DNA of 59,331 nucleotides, filler included, from Rhizaria sp. SCN 62-66 (taxonomy: Eukaryota), in the NCBI GenBank assembly GCA_001724265.1. It is 3 parts of 3 records of this genome, joined end to end, with 100 filler letters (N's around TTAATTAATTAA, not from the genome) between each part and the next. Parts side by side here need not be neighbours in the genome. Positions count along the whole stretch, not along the records: positions 1 to 19,874 come from MEDY01000461.1; 2 more parts are not named here. One strand, given 5' to 3'. The position numbers and the translations under genes are program-made. Position 1 is the stretch's first letter, and each line of letters begins with the position of its first letter. The notes beneath the pieces were generated by a model. It was not told the DNA's origin, did no database searches, and was given only the letters and a program-made list of their open reading frames with translations. Of this stretch, positions 1-11,415 are shown in pieces.

Positions 1-43
1 TGACGAAGACGGCCCACGGTGTATTCCCCTCGCTGTGTCCAAA

Positions 44-202
44 GGTGGTGTTTCTGTGTTCAAAAGTGGTGTTTCTTGTGTAAATGATAAGCATTTAAAC
101 ACATATAATTCGAATTATATTCAGATAACACACACTTTAAACACAGAAAACACACACTTTAAAGACAGAATCCTTCTGTGTGTGTTCACAGAAAACACCA
201 CT
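44..202. repeat. Imperfect fold-back (inverted repeat) element built from ~20-bp subrepeats around a perfect 18-bp palindrome
   Basis: The left arm has two copies of GTGGTGTTTCT(T)GTGT (45-60, 66-81). The right arm has reverse-complement-like copies, ACACAGAAAACAC(A)CACT (~141-160, 187-202). The perfect palindrome ATATAATTCGAATTATAT lies at 103-120. Confidence 0.6.
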
Positions 203-1060
203 CTGATATATCGAGCTTAGGAGGTCATTGGGTGCCGTTTCTATGTGGATTTCCTGTGAGAGAGTCCCTTTATGTAAAATTTCGTGCGTAGCAACATTGT
301 CATTGCGATCGTTATTAATATCTCACTCGCACAAATCGAAGATCACAAAGTATGCAGTGTGGTTACAGTCAAGCAGAAAATAGTGGACGTGCTTTAGCCA
401 CAATTGCGCGACCGATCACAAGCAAGATTAACACATCTATAATACATGATATATAAAATCAACGATTTTTTTAAACAATAAACAGATGCAACATAGACGT
501 CATTTAGTGGGCTCAAACAGACGCATGACTGTGAGTCCACAATCCTTTTTTCAGAACCAAGTTTGAATGTTTGTTTGGCGGCCGACTCGAGCGAGTCGAG
601 CGAGTCACACTGAGTGCATCGCGACCGTCGTCTTGGGGCCAATTATGGACTTTGAATTGCCGTCACTTGGCCTTGTTCACGCATATTTTTATAGACTTTT
701 GCGAGTACAGTGCTATGCATTGCATTTTTAACGCGACGTGTGCGGTTGTGGGGCGTTTGTGCGGTGCTAGGTGCTCCATTTTCGCACGAGCTTGGAATCC
801 TTCGGGCAGCACATTTCGTTCGATTATACCCGCACCCGACGCACCCACAGCGAGTGCCTTAGGAGTGCTACACACTTTGCCACAACGACTCATCTCGTGG
901 CCTCCGTTGTTTTTGCACGGCACTGTGCTACACGCCAATTATGCACCCGAGTGGTCGCTTCAAATCAGACCTGATTCTTGACTTCACAACTCACTCCACT
1001 GTCATGTGTTTTTCTCACTTCCCTGCAATATTCCGCGGCTTTTTCTGTAGTCCGCTCACG

Positions 1061-2687
1061 ATGATGAAGGCCATGTTCGAGAGCGCTTTCCGCCCGACTG
1101 AAGTACGTCCTTATTTGCCTCATCTCTGCAACTATCTCTCGTCTTTTCCTCCCCAACTTCCTGTTTGACTTGAGGTCGTGAAAGATTGCTTATTGGCGCT
1201 TGTCACGAAATTGACACTTTTGCTTCTGCTAACATTACGTTATCTCTTCACAACCATTCTTTCTATCTTACCCCTCCAGATCGTGGCGATGCTGAAGCTC
1301 AAGTTCGCTTCCAAGGTCCGCAAGCCCCCGAAGCAGAAGCTTCGCATTCTGGCCAAGGAGCTCACGTACGTCGCACACTCTGTTGCTGCTGTTCTCATTG
1401 ATTTCACCTTTAAGACAATATCACTCTGTCTGTCACACAATCGCGTTTCCCTGCCTGTTACCAGCGCGCAACACACACTCCCACATCCTCACACGCTCCT
1501 GTCTCGTGTTCTTGTTCGTCTTTTGAAGTCCTATCGACTACTGCTATGCGGTGCTTCACAAGGTCTCCCGTTCCTTCACCGTGGTGATCCAGCAGCTGGA
1601 CGATGAGCTCAAGGACCCCGTGTGCATTTTCTACCTCGTACTCCGCGGCCTTGACTCGGTCGAGGACGACATGACCTTCCCTCTGGAGAACAAGCTGCCG
1701 CTGCTGCGGTGCTTCTACGAGAAGCTCGAGCAGCCCGGGTGGAACATCGAGAACGTCGGCGACTCGCCTGACTACCGCGACCTCATGGCCGACTTCGACC
1801 GCGTGATCCCCGCGTACCAGGCGCTCAAGCCCGAGTACCGCGCCGTCATCTCTGACATCACCAAGCGCATGGGCGCCGGCATGGCCGAGTTCGCTGAGCT
1901 TGGCGCCAAGCTGGGCAAGGGCTCCGTCGTCTCGGTCGAGAAGTACAACCTCTACTGCCACTACGTCGCTGGCCTTGTTGGTATCGGTCTCTCGCAGCTT
2001 TTCTCCGCCTCCGGGCTCGAGGCGCCCGAGGTGGCGAAGCAGGAGAAGCTGGCCAACTCGATGGGCCTGTTCCTGCAGAAGACCAACATCATCCGCGACT
2101 ATCTCGAGGATCAGGACCAAGAGCGCACGTGGTGGCCACAGGAGATCTGGGGCCAGTACGCTGACACGCTCGACTGGTTCGGCAAGCACCCCGACTCGCC
2201 GAAGTCGCTCGCGTGCCTCAACCACATGGTGACGGACGCGCTGGCGCATCTGCCCGACTGTGTGGCGTACCTGTCGATGCTCAAGTCGCCCACTATCTTC
2301 GAGTTCTGCGCCGTGCCGCAAGTCATGGCGCTGGCCACGCTCGCCAAGGTGTACAACAACCTCGCTGTGTTCCGGGGCGTCGTCAAGATCCGCAAGGGCT
2401 TCTCATGCGAGATGATGCTTAACTGCAACGATATGGACATGGTGCACTACTACTTCAACTCTCTCAGCGCCGAGTTCCTCGCCAAGACCCCCGCGGCGGA
2501 CCTCGCCAAGAGCACTGTGGGCGCCGTCGCGCTCAAAAACATCGAGACTGCGATGCGCCTGACGCAGGAGGGCAGCGACCGCGTGCGCAAGCGCTCTAAC
2601 TACAAGTTTATCGTGCCCGTCGTCACAGGCGTGCTCGCCGCCGCCGTCGCCTACTACGCCGTCTCCGCGCGCGGCCCTAAGGCGTAA
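1061..2687 (+). CDS. FDFT1: Squalene synthase (farnesyl-diphosphate farnesyltransferase), 3 exons: 1061-1102, 1280-1365, 1529-2687; ~428 aa
   Basis: Motifs include CYAVLHKVSRSF, YLVLRGLDSVEDD, YCHYVAGLVGIGL, MGLFLQKTNIIRDYLED, FCAVPQVMALATL and VKIRKG, plus a C-terminal TM anchor. Two GTACGT..AG introns restore the frame and a typical N-terminus (MMKAMFESAFRPTEIVAMLKLK). Stop is TAA. Confidence 0.96.
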
Positions 2688-3879
2688 ATGTGTGATCTGA
2701 GTGTGTGGCACAACGTCATATCCTATCCCTATCAATCATCACCCACTATCAGGACTCGCGGCGGTCTGATGCAAGTGCAGCTTTGCCAGTATAGGCAGAA
2801 ACACTGAGCACACAAACACGTGCGTACGGTCGCGCTCGTAATCACACGTTTAACCAATCCAAACCAAACTACATCACCACATCCTACCACATAACCACCC
2901 ACTCTCAAGCTGGGTGGGGCGTCCGTGTCCTGTCGCTGCCGACCGAGACGTACCAACAACGCCATTTACACTGCAACAACACTGCTGTTCTCGTTGCCGG
3001 TGTTGCCGTCTTTGCTATTTCTGTCTCTGTCGCAGCCGTCTCTTGGCGCGCGCTTGTCCCTCCCACCGCTGCTACCATAGTCTAGTACGTCACTGTCTTT
3101 GCTTCCACGTTCATGCTCGTCTTGATCTGCTGCACTCTTTCGATCCGAATCAAACTTCAGTGTATTCTTACAGTTTCGTTTTCTCATGTTGTGCTCTTTT
3201 TTGTTTTTTTTTTGCTGCATTTTCGTTCTTCTTTTCTTCTTTCTACTGATCGATCGTCCAGTTTCAGTTTGTATCTTGCGTTCGCAGTATCTTTTTTTGT
3301 AATCTCCGACTGGCGTCTCGGTGTCCTTGTCTTGCTGCTGCTGTTGTCGTCCACGAGCGTGCTCTCGCCGAAGCGTACATGCTCACCGTGCTTTTCAACA
3401 TACTGCAGGACGAAGTTACCGTGCGCCCGTCATCGTCCGTTGTCTGCAAGCCTGGTGACGGTCGTCGGGCGCTGAGAAGGAAGCACTCTCTCGCGCCCAA
3501 TATGTACACGTATTTCTGACACCTTCGAATTTGTTTTTATTAAAACGTATATAACAATACCTAATATCCTTTTAGTGGAGGATATAAATACAAACAAAAC
3601 TCTTCAACACGCATCTGCATTCGTTTTCTGTTGTTGTAGCTGTTGCAGGTCTGTGGCTTGGTTTGGGCGCGAGCAAAGGTGGCAGACAAGCACTAACTTT
3701 TGCTGAGTACTTGAGGCATATCCAGTCGTCACTTTGAAATGTTGCCACAGTATGTTTTATCTCACGCATGCTTTGATATTATATTCAATTTCTGCTTTTA
3801 GAGGCTTCTTTTTCCCCTCAATTGGATCATATAGAAACACACCCTCCCCGATTTGCCTTCGTAAAGTGCTCCTCTCTTC

Positions 3880-5057
3880 ATGCCGCCGCCCTCGTTGGCC
3901 TCAGGCTTTCAAGTCACCGTCACCGGTGAAGTGGCCGGTGCACAGGTACGCGCCCTACCACCCACGCTTGTTTGTATGCCTGCATCCCTCTATATCCTCC
4001 CCAGCCTCACCCATTCCCATTCGCTTTCGCTGGCGCCTGCCACTATTTCTCGTTATCATGCTAGATTAACGGCGCGGACAACATATACTGCAAGTATTCG
4101 ATGAACTACGGCGTCGACTGGTCCGTGCTGCACGGTCTGGAACATGGTATCTCACAGATTGCGCGCGGCTCCGCAGGCCGCTCGCAGCAGACGTTCGTGT
4201 GGAACTACCCCATCGACGTCACATTCTCCTCCACAAACGTCTTTGGCTGGCCGCAAACCGTGCTGTCCGTCTACAGCATCAACTCCAGCGGCAAGGACAT
4301 CGTTCAGGGCTACTGCAGCGTGCACATCCCCACGACCCCGGGGCGCCACGTGCGCTACGCACGGCTGTACCGGCCCGTGTCGTCGTCGCTCTGCCAGCGC
4401 TTTATGGCCTGGCTGCTGGGCAGTCCGCCGGAGTTCCTCAACGCCAAGTTCGTCGCCCAGGGACGCGGTACGTTGCACATCTACCAATCTCCTGCTCTAA
4501 CTTCGATTCCTTTGACCTTGGTTCTGTCAGATCTATATATAGCTCGTTTTCTATCACATCTCATTATCACTTTCACTGCATTTGAACTCTGTTAACTCAT
4601 TTGTACAGGCCGCGAGGTAACGCGCGTATCATCCAACGGCGTGATCAAGCTTGTGTTCAACGTGTCGACCAAGGGCATGGCTGAGTGGGGGTACAACACG
4701 CACTCTGCGTCGTCACAGCCGCCCACCATGGTGACCGCGCTGCCCGCCACGGCGCCGCACTCGGCCGCAGCCTTCGTCCCGCCCGGTGGCGGCTACGGCA
4801 GCTACGGCGCGGGTTACGCTGCTGCGGGCGCGGGCCCCGGCGCCCCGGGCGCTGGCGCCGCGGGCGGCCACACCATCGGCTCTATGGTCGGCGCGGGCCA
4901 GGGCGCCGAGGCCGAGGTGGCGCAGGGGCTGCGGGCACGCTTCTCCCCCACGCCCGGCCCCTCAGGGCTGCTGCGCGCGCTGCCGGGCCCCGCCGCGGGC
5001 ACCGTTGACGGGCACAGCGCCGCCATGATGGGCGCGCCCGGAGCGGGGTTTTATTGA
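3880..5057 (+). CDS. B9D1: B9 domain-containing protein 1 (ciliary transition zone, MKS module), 3 exons: 3880-3945, 4065-4467, 4609-5057; ~305 aa with Gly/Ala-rich C-terminal extension
   Basis: The spliced product reads FQVTVTGEVAGAQ-INGADNIYCKYSMNYGVDW..GLEHGISQ..VWNYPIDVTFSSTNVFGWPQ..PPEF..AQGRGREVTRVSSNG, matching B9D1/MKSR1. Introns have GTACG donors. Stop is TGA. Confidence 0.93.
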
Positions 5058-5457
5058 AGTCGGCGCTTAGACTGTGATGATTGATGTGAGTTTGGTTTGC
5101 TTTGCTGTTTGTAACGTTTTTTGATTGGTTATGAAAAACGCTTGAATTTCTGAGATATATACATAGGATTCTTCAATAATATACCGAGACGCATATGTCA
5201 TAGGAGAAGCTTGCTATATATTACGCTTGAAATTGGATCGATTGAGAACGCATACTGTGAGTTTCGTAACATCTTAGAGGAACGATGTGTTTGGACGCTG
5301 CAGACAGAGGATGCTGCCACTCCCCCCCAACGGCTCGTTGAACGAAGTTGGAGTAGAAGTCGCAAATTTGATCGTCAAATTGAAATTTGACAACACTTTA
5401 GCGACGTACACTCAATTTGGCCCACTTACTGCTTTTAGCACACATTAAGTACTCAAT

Positions 5458-6055
5458 ATGGACCTTCAAAGCGAGGTCCGCACCAAGGAGCGCGAACTGG
5501 CCAAGGTACGCACACAATCACTGCTCAAATACATCAAGGATGACAACGCACACGTATATATTTCGAATATCTCATCCAATAGTCATGTTTTTTACTCTCT
5601 AGCTTTTGCAAATGAAGGAGTATTCCGCTTCTGTTGTGGAATCGCTCGAATACCTCACCGCCAGTCTCCACACCCTCATGCAGGGCGCACAATGTACGTC
5701 ATTTATTATCCAACAAATGAAACTGAATGAACTTCTCTTTCGAATCAAGGATATCATCTAACACACTCTACATTATATTGCATTTTTCTGCTTTCTATCT
5801 TCTTTAGCGAGCGTGAGCACGTCGCATCCATGGGAGGAGGTAACGGAGCTCATGTCTGCCGCGGCCGTGAGCTCTGCCGCCGCCGCCGAAGTGACTGCTA
5901 ACGGCGGGGATGCCGCAGCTGCAGATGCTGCTGCTGCCGCTGCACACCCTGGCTTTGTGCTGATCCCACGCGCGGCGCTCGTGGCTGACACTGGCGCTCC
6001 CGCTACTTCCGCAGCAGTTGATGCACATTGTACTGGGCAGCATGTCGGACAGTGA
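5458..6055 (+). CDS. DAD2: DASH/Dam1 kinetochore complex subunit Dad2-like, 3 exons: 5458-5505, 5603-5693, 5808-6055; ~128 aa
   Basis: The spliced product is MDLQSEVRTKERELAKLLQMKEYSASVVESLEYLTASLHTLMQGAQSSVSTSHPWEEVTELMS...PGFVLIP. It shows the Dad2 layout: K-x-x-E-L..L....S coiled coil, G, conserved W, and a terminal P-x-x-V-x-I-P strand. Both introns are GTACG..AG and preserve frame. Stop is TGA. Confidence 0.72.
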
Positions 6056-6808
6056 GGCCGACTGCAACTGCACCTGAGATGCAATCAGGCATGGTGTACC
6101 GCGTTTCGCAGATGATTACATATGCGTGTCATGTGAAGTCTTTGATGTAGAACATGCTAATATGCTCATGTTGGCTCATGCATGTTTTGTTCTCCCCCGT
6201 GACTGAATGATTTAAGGCCACATAGCTGGTCATGTTATACACAAGCATGATTATTATAACCTTAGAGCCTTATATGATGGTAGTTATGTATGATTTCTGG
6301 GTATCAACTCTAGATACTATTGTTTGTGACTTGAAGTGCGCACTTTAGCCCCTTTTTTTTTTTTTAAATCGTTATCATCCTCGTTGCGATCACCGCGTGT
6401 GGTCCGATAGACTCTAAATTAAACGCTATTTGTGTGGAGCATGCCGATCGTCACTTAAACTGACGGTTTGCTTTTGAGAATAAAACCACGTAGTGTTTAC
6501 TATATTCCTTAGAAACCGCCTCGCACCCATTTTGTGGCTTGGTATTTTGCGTTGTGAGTCTTGATTATCCCGTCGTTCCTTTTCGTGATTCACCCGCCGA
6601 TCTTGAAGCTCCACACACCTATGTCGCAACAAGTCCAACACTTCTCTCGGATTTAAGATACTATATCTAACAAATAACAACATATTATACCGATGTGTGC
6701 GTAACTTTGCTCCAGACAACAAAGACTCTTGACCTTCTGAAGTCCCTCGCAGGCGATTTTCTGTCCTTAAGTTCTTCCGTGCCGCCGCTGCCGTAGCCGT
6801 CGCGCCCC

Positions 6809-9800
6809 ATGAGTCAGCCATCTTTGGCGCCTTCTTCGGCCGTTGTGCAGTTGAGCCTTACGGGCGGCTCTCACGCCACCGTGGCCTCCGCCGCCGCAGC
6901 GGCCAGCTGCGGCGTCTATGACCCCGCCGCCGTCGCGCACCTGCCCTCCGCACTAATCCACGCCTTCGCCTTCTGGGCCGCCGCGCCCGGCCTGGCGCTC
7001 GAGCGCGACAAGGTCTCCGCGCTGGAACTGCTCGAGTCGGAGGAGCGGCGCTGGCACGGCTCACCCTCGCTCTTCAGCTCGCTGCTCCCGCGCCCGCTGC
7101 TCGAGGCGCTGTCGTTCGACCTCTCGCGCGATGTGCGCATCGCGCTGATGCGCGCGCTGTCCACGGCGGCCTTCCTGCACCCGCTCGACCGTGCGCGGCT
7201 GTGGCGCCTTATCTCTCCGCGCGTGACCTTCTGCCTGAACTCGGAGATGGCGACTGTGCGCTGCGAGACGGTGCGTGCCATGTGCAACCTTTTCCAGTCC
7301 CCGCGCTCGCTTGCCTTCGACATCATGCTGCCGGACAACTCCGTGGTCAACATCATCTTCGGCAACCTGCGCTCTTCGCACCCGGGGCTGCTCACGCAGA
7401 CGCTGACGCTCATCGCCGCGTTCTGTCCGTACAAGAGCTATGCGCAGTGCATCGCAGACCTCAATATCAACTTGGCGGCGCTGCTGCCCGTCGGCGCCCC
7501 CGTCGCCGGCTCCGGAACCACGGACGCTGAGATGCGCCGCCATTACGTCGCGCTGACGGAGACGTACACAAACGCCGCCCGCCGCGCCATTATGCAGGCT
7601 CAACCGTCGTTTCTGACCGCTCCCGCCGCCGACGCGCCTGCGCCGTCCAAGGAGAGCGCTGCGGCCGAGCTGGCGCAAGCTAAGGGCATCGTCGCCGCGG
7701 CTGCGCGCGGACAGGATCCGCCGGCGCTGCTGTCGCAGAGCGTGCTGTCGCTCCTGCCGGCCTTCCTGGCGCCGCACCACGGACCCTACGTGCAGTTCGC
7801 GGCGCTGTCGGCGCTGGTCGCGGCCTTCCGCACCGGACTCTAGGACGGGGCAGTGTCGGAGACTTCCGTGTGGGTGCCCGCGGGCAGATTGGGCGATCCC
7901 GCCACGGCGGCGACGTCTGTGGCGCACGCGCTGCCATGGCGCTCGCCCACCGTCGCCTCGGTCGTGTTCGAGCTGCGGGTCACAGCGCTGTCCGAGGCCA
8001 TCGTCGCCGCGGACAAGGCCGCCACGGCCGCGAAGGCTGCCGGCGACACCGCGGCTGCTGATACGGCAGCGGCTGCGCTCAAGGCAGCTACAGACGCCAA
8101 GAACGCGCTGCCGCAACACCCTGCGCTGGTGCTGGAGCAGGCCCTCAAGTCCGGTGCGGACGTCAACAAGCTCGATGGCGTGCGGCTCGTGTACAAGCAG
8201 TCGCTGCTGGCCGCGCTCGTGGGCTCGACCGTCGCGCGCACGGGGCTCTGCGGCGCGCTCGCATCGACCTCTGCTGAAGTTGTGATTAAGGCATGCGAGG
8301 TTATTACAGCACTTCTGTCGCGCACTAGTGTTGGCCTCAACCACGCGTTAATGAGGCTTAAATTCCTGCGCCTGCTCGCGATGACGCCGCCCGCGCCACC
8401 CCGTCCCGCCGCAGGCGTGGGCGCGCCGCCGCAGCCGTCGCAGGTCCCGCGGTCGTGTCTCCATATGCTTGCCTCCCGCATCGCGGCGCCTCAGTCGTCG
8501 GAGGAGCTGGGCATGTGGACTGTGGAGCAGCGCGCCGTGCAGGAGTCCCTATGGGGCGTGGTCGCGCTGGCGTGCGCTGAGAGCGACTTCGCGCGCATCC
8601 TGGCGCCGCTGGTGCTGCAACGCGCGGTGATGGCGCTACAGATCCTGCCCGTCACACCCGAGGACGCGGCGCGGCAGACGGACAGCGAGGTGCGCATTGT
8701 CTCGCATCAGACGCCCACGCACCGCTGCGCGCCGGGATACATGATGGCCGCGCTTGTGATCTCCCAGCTCCAACACTTCGATCTGCTGAACAGCACGCGG
8801 CAGGAGCTCGACACTGCGGCCGCCAACGGCGCGCTGGAGGAAGTCAACGGCGCGCGCGGGCATCTTCTTCGTCTCACACCCGCCCACATTGCGACCGTTG
8901 TGCAAGACGTCTACACGCTGGCATCGAACCCGCTGTTCAAGTGCGACTCGTCGCGGCCCGCGCCCGTGACGGACGTCGGCGTCGCTGTGCCCGCCGTGGC
9001 CGGTGGAGCGGCCGCGGTGCCGTTGACGGCGCTTACGTCGGTCGTCTCGGACCCGTCGCGCGCGAGTTTGGCTAGCTCGTCGACCCCGATCAGCGTCGAG
9101 GACCGCATGTGGCGTAAGTGGCAGCGCGACTACGTCACTGCCAGTGCGATCGTCGCCAACTACTGCGTGACAATGCCGTCCGACCCCTCTGCGGTCTCCG
9201 CGGGCGCCAAGGGCGCGGGCGGCCCTCTGCGGCCGACCCCGGTGCAGATGTACCAGGACCACGTCGTGAAGTTCCTGCTCGGTTGGATGTGCTTGGCTCT
9301 TCAGCCGGGCTTTGTGCGCACGCTTCCGCTGCGCGGAGCTGCGGGCTCTGCTGCCGCCGCCGCTGCTGCCGCGGCAGCGACGGCTGCGTCTCACGCCGCT
9401 ACTGTCGCCGCATCGATGGGTCCCGACAGTCCTGAGGCGCGCGCTGCTTCCGCCGCCGCCGCTTCCGCCGCCGCCGCGGCCGCCGCAGCGGACCCCGCGA
9501 AGGTGGCGCCGCCGCTGCAGACGGCGTCGTCGCTGCTGACGCCTGCGTCGCTGGGCTTCATAACGGCCGAGATCGAGGCCGAGCTGGGGCCCGTGTTCGC
9601 GGAGACGGGCGGCCCGCTCGCACTCGCGGGGCTCTGTCTGCGGCCGGACATGCCCGCGCTGGCACCGCAGCTGGCTCCGGGCCTGGTGTCACTCATGCGG
9701 CAGTCTCCGCTGGCCCTGAGCGTTATGTGCATGCGCGGCATTAACCCGGAGCACATTCCCGCGCCGGTGAAGCAGGTCGAGTCCGTCGGCGCCGTCGGCG

Positions 9801-10573
9801 ACGGCGTGGCCACCCTGCTGCAGCTTGCGCGCCTGTGCGCGCAGCGCATCAAGGCCGCCTTGGAGGTTAAGAACCGCTTCCTGCAGGCGCAGACCGTCAA
9901 GAAGTCTCAGTTCAAGCGTCTGTACGCGGAGGATAAGGAGCTCCAGGCGCGCCGCGCCGCGATGCAGCCTTCCGTGGCCGCCGCCGTGGCCGCTGCGGGC
10001 GAGGACGATGCCGCCAAGAGTGTCGCCAAGGAGCCGCTGGCGGCGGTGGATAGGCAGTTGCGCGCGATCAGCGCGCGCTGGCCGTCAGTGTACCGCACCT
10101 ACGATTACTGTGCGCTCGTCACTGGGCGCTGCGACCAGGCGATCAGCGAGGCGCAGCGCGTCGGCGCGCACTGCGTGAGCGCGCTGGCCGCGATGCACCA
10201 GGTGGTGTCGCCTACGGGCGAGCAGCAGCCGCTGCACCCGTTGTTGTACTATAGCGACTTGTCACAGCTCGCTGAGACAGCGCTCAGGTTTGCCGGCGAT
10301 ATCGGGCTCCCACCGCTCGCGCGGGAGGCCTTGGAGCTTAAAAAGCAGCGGTATCAGCAGCATCTTCAATATCAGCAACAACTGCAACAGCAACAACAGC
10401 TCCAGCAACAGCAACAACAACCTCATCAACAGCAAATGATGCATCAGCAGCAGCACTACCAGCCACAGCAGTCCCAGCATCAACAGCAAGGATCGGCGTC
10501 CCGCGGCAAGACTGCCGCTTCGGAGGCTCCGGCAATTGAGCAGCAGACAAGGCGCGCGTTTGCGCAGCAGTGA
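6809..10573 (+). CDS. Large ARM/HEAT-like helical protein with C-terminal poly-Gln, ~1254 aa, with one in-frame TAG at 7841-7843
   Basis: ORFs 6809-7843 and 7853-10573 share a frame and are separated only by TAG GAC GGG GCA. GC-rich codon style is continuous on both sides and there is no intron signal. The protein has Leu/Ala-rich helical repeats (e.g. VRCETVRAMCNL, VIKACEVITALL). Terminal stop is TGA. Confidence 0.75.
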
Positions 10574-10772
10574 TAGATTTGATATGCGAAGAGTATGCGG
10601 ATGGCCGAGGACAGATATGCCGATAGTTTCTCGTGAGCTTGTAACATTGGATGATTATTTCAATAAACAATTTTTCATTTTTATTTAATAGCATTTGAAC
10701 ACTTTGTAACACTCTGCACATACTTTTTTGCGTGAAACCCGCTTTCGCTGTTCTTTTGTTCCTCTCCACACG

Positions 10773-11326
10773 TTAGACGTCGGCGCCGCCGTTGTTGGCG
10801 GCGTAACGCGGCGCCCACACCCATTCGGGCGGCACATCAAGCGCGACTGTGAGCACCGAGCTCTCCGCCCACGCCTCCCACAGCGCGCCTGTGCGCACGG
10901 TCGCGACGGCGCCAGCGCTGCTCACAGTCACCGCGCTGTTCACAGCCACCGCGCTGCTTACAGCCCCCGCGCTGCTCACAGTCGTCGTCGTCGCAGCAGC
11001 AGCAGCGACAGCAGCAGTGTCGGGGACGTAGCGTGCGATGGTGGCGCGCGGCAGGGCGGAGAAGTTAGGCCGCGGAGGCACGCTCAGAGGGCGCTTCATC
11101 GCCACACTGCCGCTGTCGCCGTTGGAGCCGCTGGCGCTACCGCTTTTAGTGCTCGCAGCATTCGCGCTCGCGTCGCCAGCGTTGGCGCCAGTTTCGCGTG
11201 CGCTCGCGGTATCAACCTCAATCGTGCCCTCATTCGCAGTCGTCGTCGCACGCGCGTCAGCAGGAGCAGCCGGCTCAGGCTTCGGCGTGGCATCGGGCTG
11301 AGGCGCCTGGGACTGAGATTCAAGCT

Positions 11327-11362
<36 letters not shown>

Positions 11363-11379
11363 CAGCAGCAGGAGCAGCA

Positions 11380-11415
<36 letters not shown>

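Noticed and set aside
2685-2810. Ciliate-type code (TAA and TAG both Gln) applied to all genes
   Set aside because: TAA ends squalene synthase right after its tail anchor, and TAA at 10773 precedes AT-rich intergenic DNA, where readthrough would run into the opposite gene. TAA therefore appears to act as a stop. Context-dependent use is left open as a finding.
2966-3480. Possible minus-strand gene or pseudogene (Lys/Arg/Asp-rich ORF 2966-3220 and neighbouring frames)
   Set aside because: I could not build a consistent start and splice model, and there is no recognisable domain. It may be a real small or decayed gene, but the sequence alone does not support a call.
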